From Batkoa obscura (taxonomy: Eukaryota): a DNA stretch of 64,000 nt. The stretch spans positions 2,294,001 to 2,358,000 of the forward strand of contig JASVEC010000001.1 in assembly GCA_030770535.1 (NCBI GenBank). Reading direction: 5' to 3'. Below, piece after piece: positions 29,316 through 40,413 of the stretch (the first letter of the stretch is position 1; each line of letters starts with the position of its first letter). Made by a program: the position numbers and the translations under genes. A model generated the notes under the pieces. That model was given only the letters and a program-made list of their open reading frames with translations, did not search any database and had not been told where the DNA came from.

Positions 29316-29414
29316 ATATGGAGATGTATTTTTGTTAAAAATTTTACCAACACTTTTCACTCAAATAACGCTTAAAAATGGAAAAAGTAATGAAGCTAAA
29401 AAACACCCCCATAT
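29316..29414. mobile_element. MITE-like element, copy 3
   Basis: ATATGGAGATGTATTTTT...CACTCAAATAACGCTTAAAAATGGAAAAAGTAATGAAGCTAAAAAACACCCCCATAT. Confidence 0.8.
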
Positions 29415-29550
29415 TATTTTTACTCAAACACTATTTTAAAAAACTGAGCAACTTGAATATTGAAAATTAGCCAATCATATCGTCTTATTTGAGACACACT
29501 ATCTGGACATCCTAAGCTTAAGTTATAATTATTGCTTAAAGTCTAACATA

Positions 29551-29656
29551 ATATGGGGGTGTTTTTTTGGGTTCATCATTTTTTCCATCTTTTAAGCGCT
29601 ATTTAAGTAGAAAAACTATCACTAAAATTCTTGAATATAAAAATACAACCCCATAT
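29551..29656. mobile_element. MITE-like element, copy 4 (inverted relative to copy 3)
   Basis: ATATGGGGGTGTTTTTTTGGGTTCATCATTTTTTCCATCTTTTAAGCGCTATTTAAGT...AAAAATACAACCCCATAT. Confidence 0.8.
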
Positions 29657-30390
29657 ATTATTATTTTCAATATCTTTCGAAGGGTGTTAGTTCCTGAGTG
29701 CTTTGTTAACAAAACAGATTAAATAATTAATTTAATATATTACTACTTTATTAAACTTTTTAATTTATTTTGTATCGAAATCTCATAAATGCTCTTAGTT
29801 TTTTCACTAAAAAACTAATGATAGGGTATAGAATTAGATATAGCTTTATTTTTACATATGAGTAATATTTGGTGTTGAAATTAACTATACTTTAAAAAAA
29901 TAATAATACATATAAATTCTTTATAGACTTTTCTTACTTTTATTTAAACGCTTTCTTTATTAACAATATATGCTATTTAAATTCCCACAACTTTCATAGT
30001 AATTATTTTTTAATAAAAATTTATTTTTAAAACAAATCCTTGAAGCTTTACTTTATTGTTTTAAAATTAGAATTCACATTATAAAATAAAATTTTAACCT
30101 TTGAACAGACTATTGGCAAAAAATTGAAATTTCAATTAAAATGCTCAATTTTAATTAAAAGTCCATTTAACTAAAAAATCCACTGAAAAAGTATGTCCCT
30201 ACTATAATAATAATAATATTTAGCTCTCCCCTTAAAAAGTCCATAAATTCTCACTTCATACCAACTTCTGCTTCCAATCATTTAATTGGCGAAGCTCTCT
30301 ATCAAATTTCGGGAATATAATTGGTCAAAAGTTGGATCATATTTTCAGTAAAAAATAAAGAGTAAAAAAGAGCATTTCGTTTGTCTAACA

Positions 30391-31205
30391 ATGATGACGA
30401 ACAATCAAGCCAATACACCAGTTGAGAAAGAAGCCATAGATAAGAGCGTAGTAGTTGAAATTGGAGATGAAGAAAAAAGTGATAAAAATCAAGTTGAAGA
30501 AGGTGAAGAGGATGAAGAAGTTTATATAGTAGAAGCGATTTTGGAACATAAAAAGATTAAAAGGGTAAGGGTTCTGATATTAGTAAAAGGATTGAAGTTA
30601 AAAATTTAATAATAAAAGGGTGGATATCAATATTTAATAAAATGGCAAGGGTTTCCACATGAAGAAAATACTTGGGAGGACGAAGATAATATGTGAGTTG
30701 CTTTTAAAATGAAGATTAAAACGGAATCTAATATTCAAAAATAGTTTAAGTAAAGATTTACTTGACGATTATTGGAAAGGTAAAAATAAGGGCAAAGATA
30801 GTGGGTCTAAAACACAAATAAGTAAAAAGCGTAAAACAACGGTGGAAAATAAAGATAAAGACTTGGAAGAGAATGGGATTGAGCTTACTCACAATTATCC
30901 TCCAGAAGATCTAGAGGATTGGGAAAGTGAAGTAGTTGAAATTGAAACTATTGAACGTAATTCAAAAGGCGAGCTTATTGTTTATATAGTTTGGTAGGGC
31001 AACTAAGATTTATTTTCGATAAAATAATATGGTTATTAGGAAAAATGGATGTCATACTTCACATAACTCTAAAGTTGTTAATGAAAGGTGCCCTCAGAAG
31101 GTAAATATATAAATTTGCTAAGCTAAGGTCATTCTAATGTATTTTTAGATTATTGAGTTCTATCAAAATCACCTTAAGTTCCTTGATGAAGATCAAAAAA
31201 GCTGA
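30391..31205 (+). CDS. HP1/Swi6-family chromodomain + chromoshadow protein, 5 exons
   Basis: Acidic patch then VYIVEAILEHK..YQYLIKWQGFPHEENTWE (chromodomain); PPEDLEDWESEVVEIETIE..LIVYIVW..ERCPQKIIEFYQNHLKF (fungal chromoshadow). Confidence 0.9.
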
Positions 31206-31676
31206 AGCTTTAAATAGCTGAATCCATGCCAAAAGTTTCTTAATAAAATGCTATTGATCTCAGTAAATATTAAACATATATCTTCTTTTGATATTAAAAC
31301 ATACAGACTTTCAATTGTTAGTTTTCTTTCAATATAAATGCTCTTATAGGTGATTTTTTTATTTACAGGTAAGGTAGAATGAAACTTTTTGATGTTTGAA
31401 TGTGTTTTCATATTTTAGATTCTTTGGTTAAAGATGCGTGACTAGAAGGAAAGAAGCATCAAGTTTCTATTGCTGTACTCCTTCGTCTTAAGAAACTTAA
31501 ATACATTTATCTATATTAACTAAATTAATATAAGATTAATTATTACACTAATTAAAAAGTAAACTAAGATTAACCCAAACTTTTAATTTTAAATCACAAA
31601 CACTTAAAAAATTATTTAATTAAAAAATATCTTTATCTTTTATCTTTTACTTTAAATTAATCCTCCATCTTATCTA

Positions 31677-34373
31677 TCACAGTCCAACATTCTTGCCTTT
31701 CATAGCATTAGCCATCTGCTCAGCACTTAACGTTTCAAACTCAATCAAGGCTGCTGCCAATCGATCTAGCTCCGATTTCTTAGTAGTTATAAGTGAAGTA
31801 GCCCTCATATAAGCATCCTAAAAATAAAATTAGTACATTAAATAATAGTATAGTGAACAACTTACATCCAATAGCTTACGCACTTGATTCTCTATCTCTA
31901 GCTTAGTTTCATGACTGAGTCGATCATAATCTCCAGAGTAATCCACTGGCCCGAGCTTAGTCCCCATGCCAAGCTCAATTACCATACGACGGGCAATTGA
32001 GGTGGCTTTCTGTAAATCGCTTTGTGCACCTGAAGTCACATTTTCTTCTCCATATAACACTTCTTCGGCTACTCTACCACCCATACAAACATCTAGCATT
32101 GCTTTAAGCTCTTTCTTCGTATAATTATCTTTATCCATTTCTGGAAGCTGCATCGTTACACCAAGGCTACGTCCCCTTGGGATGATAGTGGCTTTATGTA
32201 GTGGTAAAGCACCCGGGGTGTAATAAGCTACAAGCGCATGTCCTCCTTCATGATAAGCTGTTAACTTTTTACTTTCATCTGTTATTACTGCAGACTTCCT
32301 TTCAGCACCCATAATCATCCTATCCTTTGCTTCTTCAAAATGACTTAAGTTAACCACAGGTGAACTGGAGCGTGATGCTTGGATAGCAGCTAAATTAACT
32401 AAATTGGCCAATTCAGCACCTGAAAACCCAGGTGTGCCACGTGCAAGTGTACTTAAATCAACATCTAGATTGCATAATCAATATAATATTTAAAACAAAA
32501 ACATTTATTTACCTTGTCCAATTTGTATCTTCTTTGAATGAAGTTTCAAAACTTGAAGTCTACCCCTTACATCTGGTAATGGTACTTCTACATGACGATC
32601 AAATCGACCTGGACGAACTAAAGCTTTGTCCAAAAGTTCTGGGAAATTAGTAGCTGCTATAAATATAACCCCTTCTGTTTGCGAAAATCCATCCAAGTCC
32701 ACAAGCAATTGGTTTAATGTTTGCTTCATATATGCTTGGTCCTTAGGATTACGTTTGGCACCAATGGCATCCAATTCATCTATAAATACAATAGAAGGTG
32801 CTTTCTTTCTTGCAGCAGCAAAAAGTTCTCTGACTCTTCTTGCTCCAACACCCACATACATTTCATCAAACTCAGATCCAGACATGAAAAAAAATGGAAC
32901 TCCAGCTTCACCAGCCACGGCTCTAGCTAATAAAGTTTTACCTGTACCTGGTGGCCCAGTCAAAAGTACACCTTTTGGTAACTTACCCCCTAATTCATTA
33001 AACCTTGATGGGTCTTTTAAAAATTCGACAATTTCAATGAGTTCATCCTTTGCTTCATCAACACCCTGTACATCATTAAAGGTAACTGTACTTGTCATAT
33101 CTGGCTCAAATTCAGGTTGTATTTTAGGTGGGCTTTTTGCCAAACCTGAGTTTTCAAGTGCTAAACTTATGAAGGTAAGGATACAAAAGATATAAGTAAA
33201 TGTTAATCCAACGCTTTTAATTGCTTTCCACATAGAAACTGAACTAGCTATAAAAAACTGATTAGTAAATTTTAACAAAAAAATAAAAAATAATAATACA
33301 TTCATCAACAATCACATGTACTGGTTTATCTTTTGTTCCAGAAGAGGTAGATGTTGTATTATCAAATGTTGGTGTTGAAGGTTTCTTAAAAGTTTGAGTA
33401 AGGGTTGAATGTTCCATAGAACGGAAAAAAGGTTTTGTTTGAATTAATTTTAAAACTTTAGTAGCAATGGAATCCGTTTGATTATTTTTTATCAAAGCTG
33501 TTATATAGTATTGTAAACAATCTACATTAATCCCAAAATCATAATTTTCAAGTCGATTAATTAATATATTATAATACCCTCCTTTTAATAATTCCTATAA
33601 TAGTTTATTATTTTAATTATTGACTTTTACGCTAAGCTTACTTGATAAAAAGCAGCTTGTTTAACTGCATTTGTTGGATTTTCATTAGCCTCATCTTCTA
33701 AACTAGAAAGTCTTTTTTCAGTATTTGTTTTAAATGCAAAACCTCTACTTTCAATTCCTAAAAGATTTAACCAAAATCAACCATAACAAAAATTAAGCTT
33801 ACTGTTGAATCCTTTTAACAAATTTAACATAGATTGATTGGTTAAGGTTTTTCTTTTCGTGAAATCATTCTTAACTAATAATGGATTGAGTCTTAACTTC
33901 ATACTAGAAATGGAGCTTAAAATACCATGTGTTTGATAGTCTAAACTGTTGAAACTAGTTGGTAAAAAATGTAGACCAAACTTGGTTTTAAATGGTGGTA
34001 TTACTAAATCATTACTGTTACTTGTTAAACCGACTTCTATACCTGTCTTATGAAAATTTAGCTAAAGATTAGAATAAACTAAATTTCTTACCTTGTTTTC
34101 ATTTAGGCCGGTTCTAGGATCTTTCTTTATCTCTGACTCAGTTTGGCCAACCCCATGCTTCTTTTTTTGCCCAGTTGAATAGCTATTATACTTAACTCTA
34201 GAAGGCTGGATAACATTATTATTTAAAAAGGAAGAGATTTGACCAACTAAAATAGAGCCCTGTATAAAGAAAGGGTTCGTTAGCACCAATTTTATCACTA
34301 TTATTCATTATATATTTACTTGAAATAAAGGACTATAAACCGATGTATTTGAAGTTAAAATATTTGCAAACAT
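31677..34373 (-). CDS. YME1: Mitochondrial i-AAA protease (FtsH family), multi-exon
   Basis: Walker A GPPGTGKT, Walker [26 protein letters not shown] and zinc site AYHEGGH; stop TGA at 31677-31679; probable start MFANILTS at 34373. Confidence 0.95.
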
Positions 34374-34549
34374 AAAAAATGAGATATGGATAAATTCAAA
34401 TTGAGTTTACATAGTCACTATTTGCTTAAACCAATTATTACGATTAAGCTCAAATTCTTTAAGTTATTTTTAGCCAATAAAATCATAAGTTTATTTTATT
34501 AATTTTTGAAATTTCATTAAAATATCATAATTTCTTTGATAAAAAGACA

Positions 34550-34930
34550 TTGAAAATAGAACCAGAAGGTGCTAAATGGATGAAAGATAAGGTTGAATAC
34601 CATGTTAATAATTTTATGGAAGGGGAAGTTTTTGTCATTGTATATTTAGCTGAACCATTAAAATACGAATATGGAGAAGAATTAGATCTTATAATTAGAG
34701 GAGATAAATATTAGAGTCATACTGGAAGTGGTGAAAGTGCAATAGAATTTGGCATTGGTTCTAGAGTAATCAAAAGGTTTGACTATGTGATGCCATCAGA
34801 CTCTCTGGAAGAATACATCGTTATAGCATATAAATCTGGAGCAAAAGTATCTAGAGGCAGAGAACACGGATATCCCGGTAAGTGTGCTTATAATGGTATG
34901 ACTTCTAACAGTGAAGGATATCGTTTTTGA
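34550..34930 (+). pseudogene. Coding-like relic of ~125 codons with one in-frame TAG; family unknown
   Basis: One frame reads LKIEPEGAKWMKDKVEYHV...IIRGDKY*SHTGSGESAIEFGIGSRVIKRFDY...YNGMTSNSEGYRF*; higher GC than flanks. Confidence 0.5.
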
Positions 34931-35698
34931 ATTTAGGAAAAATTTAAAAATAAATAAAGTGACCACTTGATTTTGTCTTCATTAACAAAACAAGTTATAT
35001 TGATATTCAAGGATCAATGATTCATAAGTTGCGCCTCTGAAAGCAGTCAGAATTGATTGAGAAATAAAAGGGTAAGCGGTTTGACTTCTAAACATAATGA
35101 CGTGATTGGCTGATATCTTTGTTTTAACTGCTGACATAAATAAAGCAATTTAAATATTATTTAAGTGCTTTTATTGCTTGCCCAAAGCAGGACATGATTA
35201 TCAAATTTTACTGTATAGAGCAAATATTACATAATATCTTAGATCACTATAGGAAAGATAGGATTACTGATGAATCCTTATGTGATGAATAAAAAATTTC
35301 GAAATAAAGATTTAGTTTTAGATATTATGTTTTTTATATTGAACAAAATGATAGATTTTTGTAACATTTAATTATTTGTCTTTTTAATTGATATAAATTC
35401 TAAAATTATATGGTTAAGTTTAATCTTGATTGAAGTTAAGGAAAAAGTTTCAATTCAACTTTTTTGTTCATTTCTATGTAGCTTAAATTTTTGAAATTTT
35501 TCGAATATTAGATGAAAAAACGTTACTACATGAGTAATTTGAAAAACTTAATTTTATGGTACCTTGTACTTGATTTGCAATTTTTCCTAAATCTAAACTG
35601 GACAAAAAATAAACCAAGTTTTAAACTAATCCATATAAAAACAAATAAAATTTGTTTAAAGCTGTAAAAAATTAGAACTTAAATCAATTCCAAAAATT

Positions 35699-35770
35699 GG
35701 GCTCAGCAGGGAATTGAACCCTGGACCTCTCGCACCCAAAGCGAGAATCATACCACTAGACCACTAAGCC
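35699..35770 (-). tRNA. tRNA-Pro (UGG)
   Basis: Reverse complement GGCTTAGTGGTCTAGTGGTATGATTCTCGCTTTGGGTGCGAGAGGTCCAGGGTTCAATTCCCTGCTGAGCCC; anticodon stem CTCGC/GCGAG with loop TT-TGG-GT. Confidence 0.96.
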
Positions 35771-36136
35771 ATTTAATTTTATATATAGGTTTACAGTTTT
35801 TATATATAGCTTTGCAGTTTGTATATATATCTTTTTTAACTCCAACCATTAATACATGATTTATTACATTTCAAACACTTGCTTTTAATCCTAATACCTA
35901 ATAATGATATCACACTTTACTTAAACCCCTAGAGTAAGCAGGTGCATAGATATATTCATTTGAATCTTTTTCCTAATATTATAATATATAGTTTATATAA
36001 ACACCATTTGATTAATCATAGCCGTTTTAATCAAATTCATATTATTATCAATAATACCAATTTTTTCATAACTTGCACATTAAAAATAAATGCTATTTAA
36101 TTAATGATATATTTATTAATTCATAAAAGCATTTCT

Positions 36137-38530
36137 TTAAGCTTTAAAAACACGACTAAAGAACCTTTCCAACTTAAGATAGAGGGAGCGCTTATTTGAC
36201 TTTGATTCATAGTAATGATTATCATCAATAACAGGAGTAAAATCATAAGAGATAATATAATTAGCAGCAAAATTATTAATAATATACATAGAATTAGACT
36301 GATGAACATTATCATCTCTTGTACCATGAGTCAAAAATAATTCTGTCTTCTTAAAGTTTTCAAAATTATTGATAGCAGATTTGTTGTATCCTTTAGCATT
36401 CACTTGTGGAGTAAACATATATCTTTCTGTATATAAAGAATCATAAAACTTCCAATCAGATACTGGTGAGAAAGAAGCACCAAAACTAAAGACAAGATCC
36501 TTAGGTTGAAGTTCAAGTGTACGTAAAGTCATATATCCACCATACGATTTACCCCAAACACCTATTTTTGATGGATTAACATAAGGTAATTTAGCCCATT
36601 GTTGACCAGCTGAAATCACATCATCAGCTTCATATTCACCTAAATGTTCACGTACTGAGACCATAAATTTTCTACCTTTACGACCAGTACCTCGTCCATC
36701 TACTGTTACTACAATGGTATCATTACGACTACCCACCAACCAACGTTGTAAATTAAAATTAAAACTACGTGTGACTTGTTGACTGTTTGGCCCACCATAG
36801 ATATAAAATACAACATTATATTTTTTAGAAGGATCAAAATCATATGGTCGGATTTCGAAGGCATTGATAGAGTTACCATTGACATTGACTTTAGAATATA
36901 CTGTGGTGGGATAATTATATTCCTCAACTAAAGTAGCGAGTTTGGTATTATTAGTAAGTAAAAGAGAATTATTTAATTTTCCTTGTTTTGTTAATCTAGA
37001 CCATGGGATAGATGGACCGTTATAATTTATAACAACAAAACCACCTAAAGCTGAAGAGGACATTGAATAAGTACCCGATTTTTGAGAATCACCAGTAAAT
37101 TGATCTTTAGTTAAATGAACTTTGTTACTTCCATCAAGTTTAATAGAATAAATATCTTCCACAGTAGAATCTGTTTCAGCACTTGAATAATAAATAGTAC
37201 CAGATTTGACATCTAAACCATTGATAGAAACGACATCAAAATCACCTTTAGTTAATATTCTTTTTGGCTTGGAAGCAGTAATTGGAGAGAATAAAGCAAG
37301 ATGAGTAAAACCATCCACAATAACAAAATCAATATAAGCGGATTCGTTAATACCGAATTCATGTAATTTTGGTAATAAATAAAGAGGTCTATTTTCATAC
37401 CATCCTTTATCATCTAAGCTTGGATTATTTATATCTTGACCTGCTTTTTCTTGACGTACAATAGTTGGATTGGAATAATTACGATTAGTTGCTACACTAG
37501 TATACACTCTATCTTGAAATCTATTAGTAAATCGAATAATAAGTCCATCATTATAAGAAGATTTTGAAAATTGCAAATCAGTAACCACAGGATCAATTTC
37601 ATTAACTGAATTATAATTGATTTGATGTACTTTGGCTTTTCCAGTAGTTAATTCAGCAACATTAATTTTAACTTGAGTAATATTAAAGCCTGGTTTTGGA
37701 TAACGTTGTTCATAAACACTTGAATACGGTTTAGAAGTTAATGAAAATTGAGCATTATTTTTTCTAGTAGTAAATGTTTCTAAACCTTGGACCTGAACAT
37801 TGGAACTATCGAAAGTTAAATAAGCTAACGTTGTACCACTTTGATCCCAAACAATAGCTTCTTTATTAGGCCATATTTCTTCTTCATAAACCCAATCAGG
37901 AATTCCATTCTGTAAAGTATCCTTTCCATCTTTAGTGACTTGAATTAAACTAGTAAAAGACTCAATAATTGCATAAATATTATTATCTTGAACAAATGCT
38001 AAATTATGTCCTTTTGGTGACCATACTAAGGTTTGTAATATATTATCTTGTTTATTATATTGTCCCCAGTTACGATAATGACGATTGATCAATCTACCTA
38101 GTCGATTAGGATCTTGTAAATCAAAGATATAATAAGATGCAAAACTGGACTTAGACCATAATTTAGTAGAGTTCACTGTTAATGCAATATATTGTAAATC
38201 AGGAGAAAGGGAATAATCATCATAAATTATAGGTTGCTTATTTTCATCAATAAATTTAGTGGTATCAATTAATACTTTAACTTGTTTATTACCAGTAAGA
38301 TCGATGGATTTTAAAATGATTTTATTGTCTTCTTCTTCAACATAATAGCCATCACGTTCACTCTCATGAGTTACCCAATTGTAGTTGAAAGATTGTTTGG
38401 AAAAAGTAGATTTTAAAAAGTTATCAATGGTGATTTGTTTCTTTTGTAAGTTTTTGGTAGTAGTGACATTTTGACTAGTTACGCTATAGAGAAACAATGT
38501 AAAACAAGAAATTAAATGATAGCTCTTCAT
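36137..38530 (-). CDS. Secreted dipeptidyl peptidase IV-like peptidase (family S9B), intronless
   Basis: Signal peptide; NGIPDWVYEEE, YPKPG, YGGPNSQ, DGRGTG, WGKSYGGY (nucleophile Ser), WKFYDSLYTERYM, HGTRDDNVH and C-terminal His. Confidence 0.93.
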   Translation of the reverse strand: MKSYHLISCFTLFLYSVTSQNVTTTKNLQKKQITIDNFLKSTFSKQSFNYNWVTHESERDGYYVEEEDNKIILKSIDLTGNKQVKVLIDTTKFIDENKQPIIYDDYSLSPDLQYIALTVNSTKLWSKSSFASYYIFDLQDPNRLGRLINRHYRNWGQYNKQDNILQTLVWSPKGHNLAFVQDNNIYAIIESFTSLIQVTKDGKDTLQNGIPDWVYEEEIWPNKEAIVWDQSGTTLAYLTFDSSNVQVQGLETFTTRKNNAQFSLTSKPYSSVYEQRYPKPGFNITQVKINVAELTTGKAKVHQINYNSVNEIDPVVTDLQFSKSSYNDGLIIRFTNRFQDRVYTSVATNRNYSNPTIVRQEKAGQDINNPSLDDKGWYENRPLYLLPKLHEFGINESAYIDFVIVDGFTHLALFSPITASKPKRILTKGDFDVVSINGLDVKSGTIYYSSAETDSTVEDIYSIKLDGSNKVHLTKDQFTGDSQKSGTYSMSSSALGGFVVINYNGPSIPWSRLTKQGKLNNSLLLTNNTKLATLVEEYNYPTTVYSKVNVNGNSINAFEIRPYDFDPSKKYNVVFYIYGGPNSQQVTRSFNFNLQRWLVGSRNDTIVVTVDGRGTGRKGRKFMVSVREHLGEYEADDVISAGQQWAKLPYVNPSKIGVWGKSYGGYMTLRTLELQPKDLVFSFGASFSPVSDWKFYDSLYTERYMFTPQVNAKGYNKSAINNFENFKKTELFLTHGTRDDNVHQSNSMYIINNFAANYIISYDFTPVIDDNHYYESKSNKRSLYLKLERFFSRVFKA

Positions 38531-40413
38531 AATTGAAATCTCTGACTTGAAGATAAAATAAAATAATGTTTATTTTAATTTATTTATATACCTTATTTTT
38601 TTTGAATATTTTTAAAAGTGATATTAAGCTATTTGAATATTCATTTCAAATGACTTGATCATAAGGTTCGAAAGTTATTAAGTAAAACCAATCAACTTAA
38701 TAGTTTGATAAAATCATAAAGGAATTAAGATTTATTTTATCATCATGAAGATTTTTATAAGAAATATTGAGAATGACTGAAGATAATACTAAATTATTAA
38801 GCTAGTTCTTAAAATTAATAGTTCAAAAACACATCTCATGATAGATCTTGAAGAATAGAAAAGTGTTTAAAATTATAGCGAGAGTTGGTTTATTTTATAG
38901 TTGAAGCATCTATGGCTTTAATAGTTGTAGCTTAACTAGCTCAATTACTTGGAAATGATAAAATTAATAGAAAATAGTTGTAGTAAAACAGGATCTATAA
39001 TTACAAGGGAGCATGATTTCGCTTCTATATGAAAATTAATAGTTTAGTTTACTAATAATTTAATAATATCACGCAAATATTCAACCGTAAGTTATTACAT
39101 TTTAGATTAAAAAATAAAATTTATGTTTCATTTCATATTTGGGAACGTTCATTTTTGTTTGATAATGTTCTTAAATTTTAAGTTAAGTAAAAGTGAACAA
39201 AAATATTAAAATAAAGTAAATTATTTTTGTATCATATTTTATAATGTGAAAATATAATAGTTTTATAATAAATAAATTGATTAATTTAAAGTTTATTAGA
39301 AAAATATTAACTATTAACTGTTGTCTTTAAGTTATTCTTACCTTGCTATATGAATAAACTTCATTAACCTATGATTGACTTAGAAAAATATTTTAATACT
39401 TTTAGAGATTTTCGATAAAAAACAACATAAAACAAATCAAAGCCACCAATTTAATTTAATATCTAATTTCAAAACTTCAATAAGAAACTATTTTAATGTG
39501 CTACTTTGAATACTACTAATACATCTCAAATGTGAGCTCTCTCATGTAAGTTGACAATCTTACAAATTAAATGTTATCATACAATTATAAATATACTAAT
39601 TATATAAAAGCATTTAATTTATGAAATTGTTAAATTATATGAGAAGATTTACATTTAAATTATTCCCATAGTAGCTAATTTAAAATAAGCTTATTTTTTT
39701 TGATTTCTGATGTGGTAATAATATTAGTGGTTTATTACTATTGCCTCTTGTTAATTTATTTAGAAGAAAGAGATACTGAATGTTGGTCTTAGTTAAGTTA
39801 AGCGCTATAATAAAATATCTTTTCTTGATATGGATTAACAACTTTCGTTTTGATTTAATAAAAATTAACATACCAGGCTTAACAGAGAGATATTTGATTA
39901 TCAGTTTAATAGCAAGTTAGTTTGTTGAATAACTTTCTAATAAAGTATTATGTAAATTATTCTATTATTTAATTTGTTATTTCAAATAAGAATAATAAAA
40001 TTCATTGAAACAATACCAGTTTTTATTTGAAATAACAACACTTTAAAATCCTACTATCAATTATCACACTCCCTTTTGATTAAATTAAAAAATTAGCCAA
40101 AAATTAGCTTTTATTGATTAAGCCAATCAACTCCCCTTAACCATTAAGTAGTTATAGGAACTTTAAATAAAATCATAATTTAACAATCAAAAATAATAAG
40201 AATTCAATTCAACTTTTATGATTTATTGAAGTTTAATTTTATAAAAAGAAAAGAGAAGAAAAGAAGAAAAGAAGAAAAGAGGAGGAATAGTTGGATTTTT
40301 TTAAAAGGAGAAATTTATATTTGACAGATCAAAAAAAGCATAAGTTAACAAAAACACCACTCAAAAGCATAAATCAATAATCAATAATCAATAATCATAT
40401 TTAAACCTTGAGT

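Noticed and set aside
32432..33195. Plus-strand ORFs of 69-189 aa
   Set aside because: Antisense to the YME1 AAA domain.
35010..35290. Scattered ATGA/CTGA motifs suggesting C/D snoRNAs
   Set aside because: Box C matches are poor, with no good terminal stems or identifiable guides.
40245..40400. Purine microsatellite and TCAATAA x3 upstream of kinesin; also GGCTTG repeats at ~8720 and TTATAAAATTA repeats at ~46220
   Set aside because: Ordinary simple repeats in an AT-rich genome.
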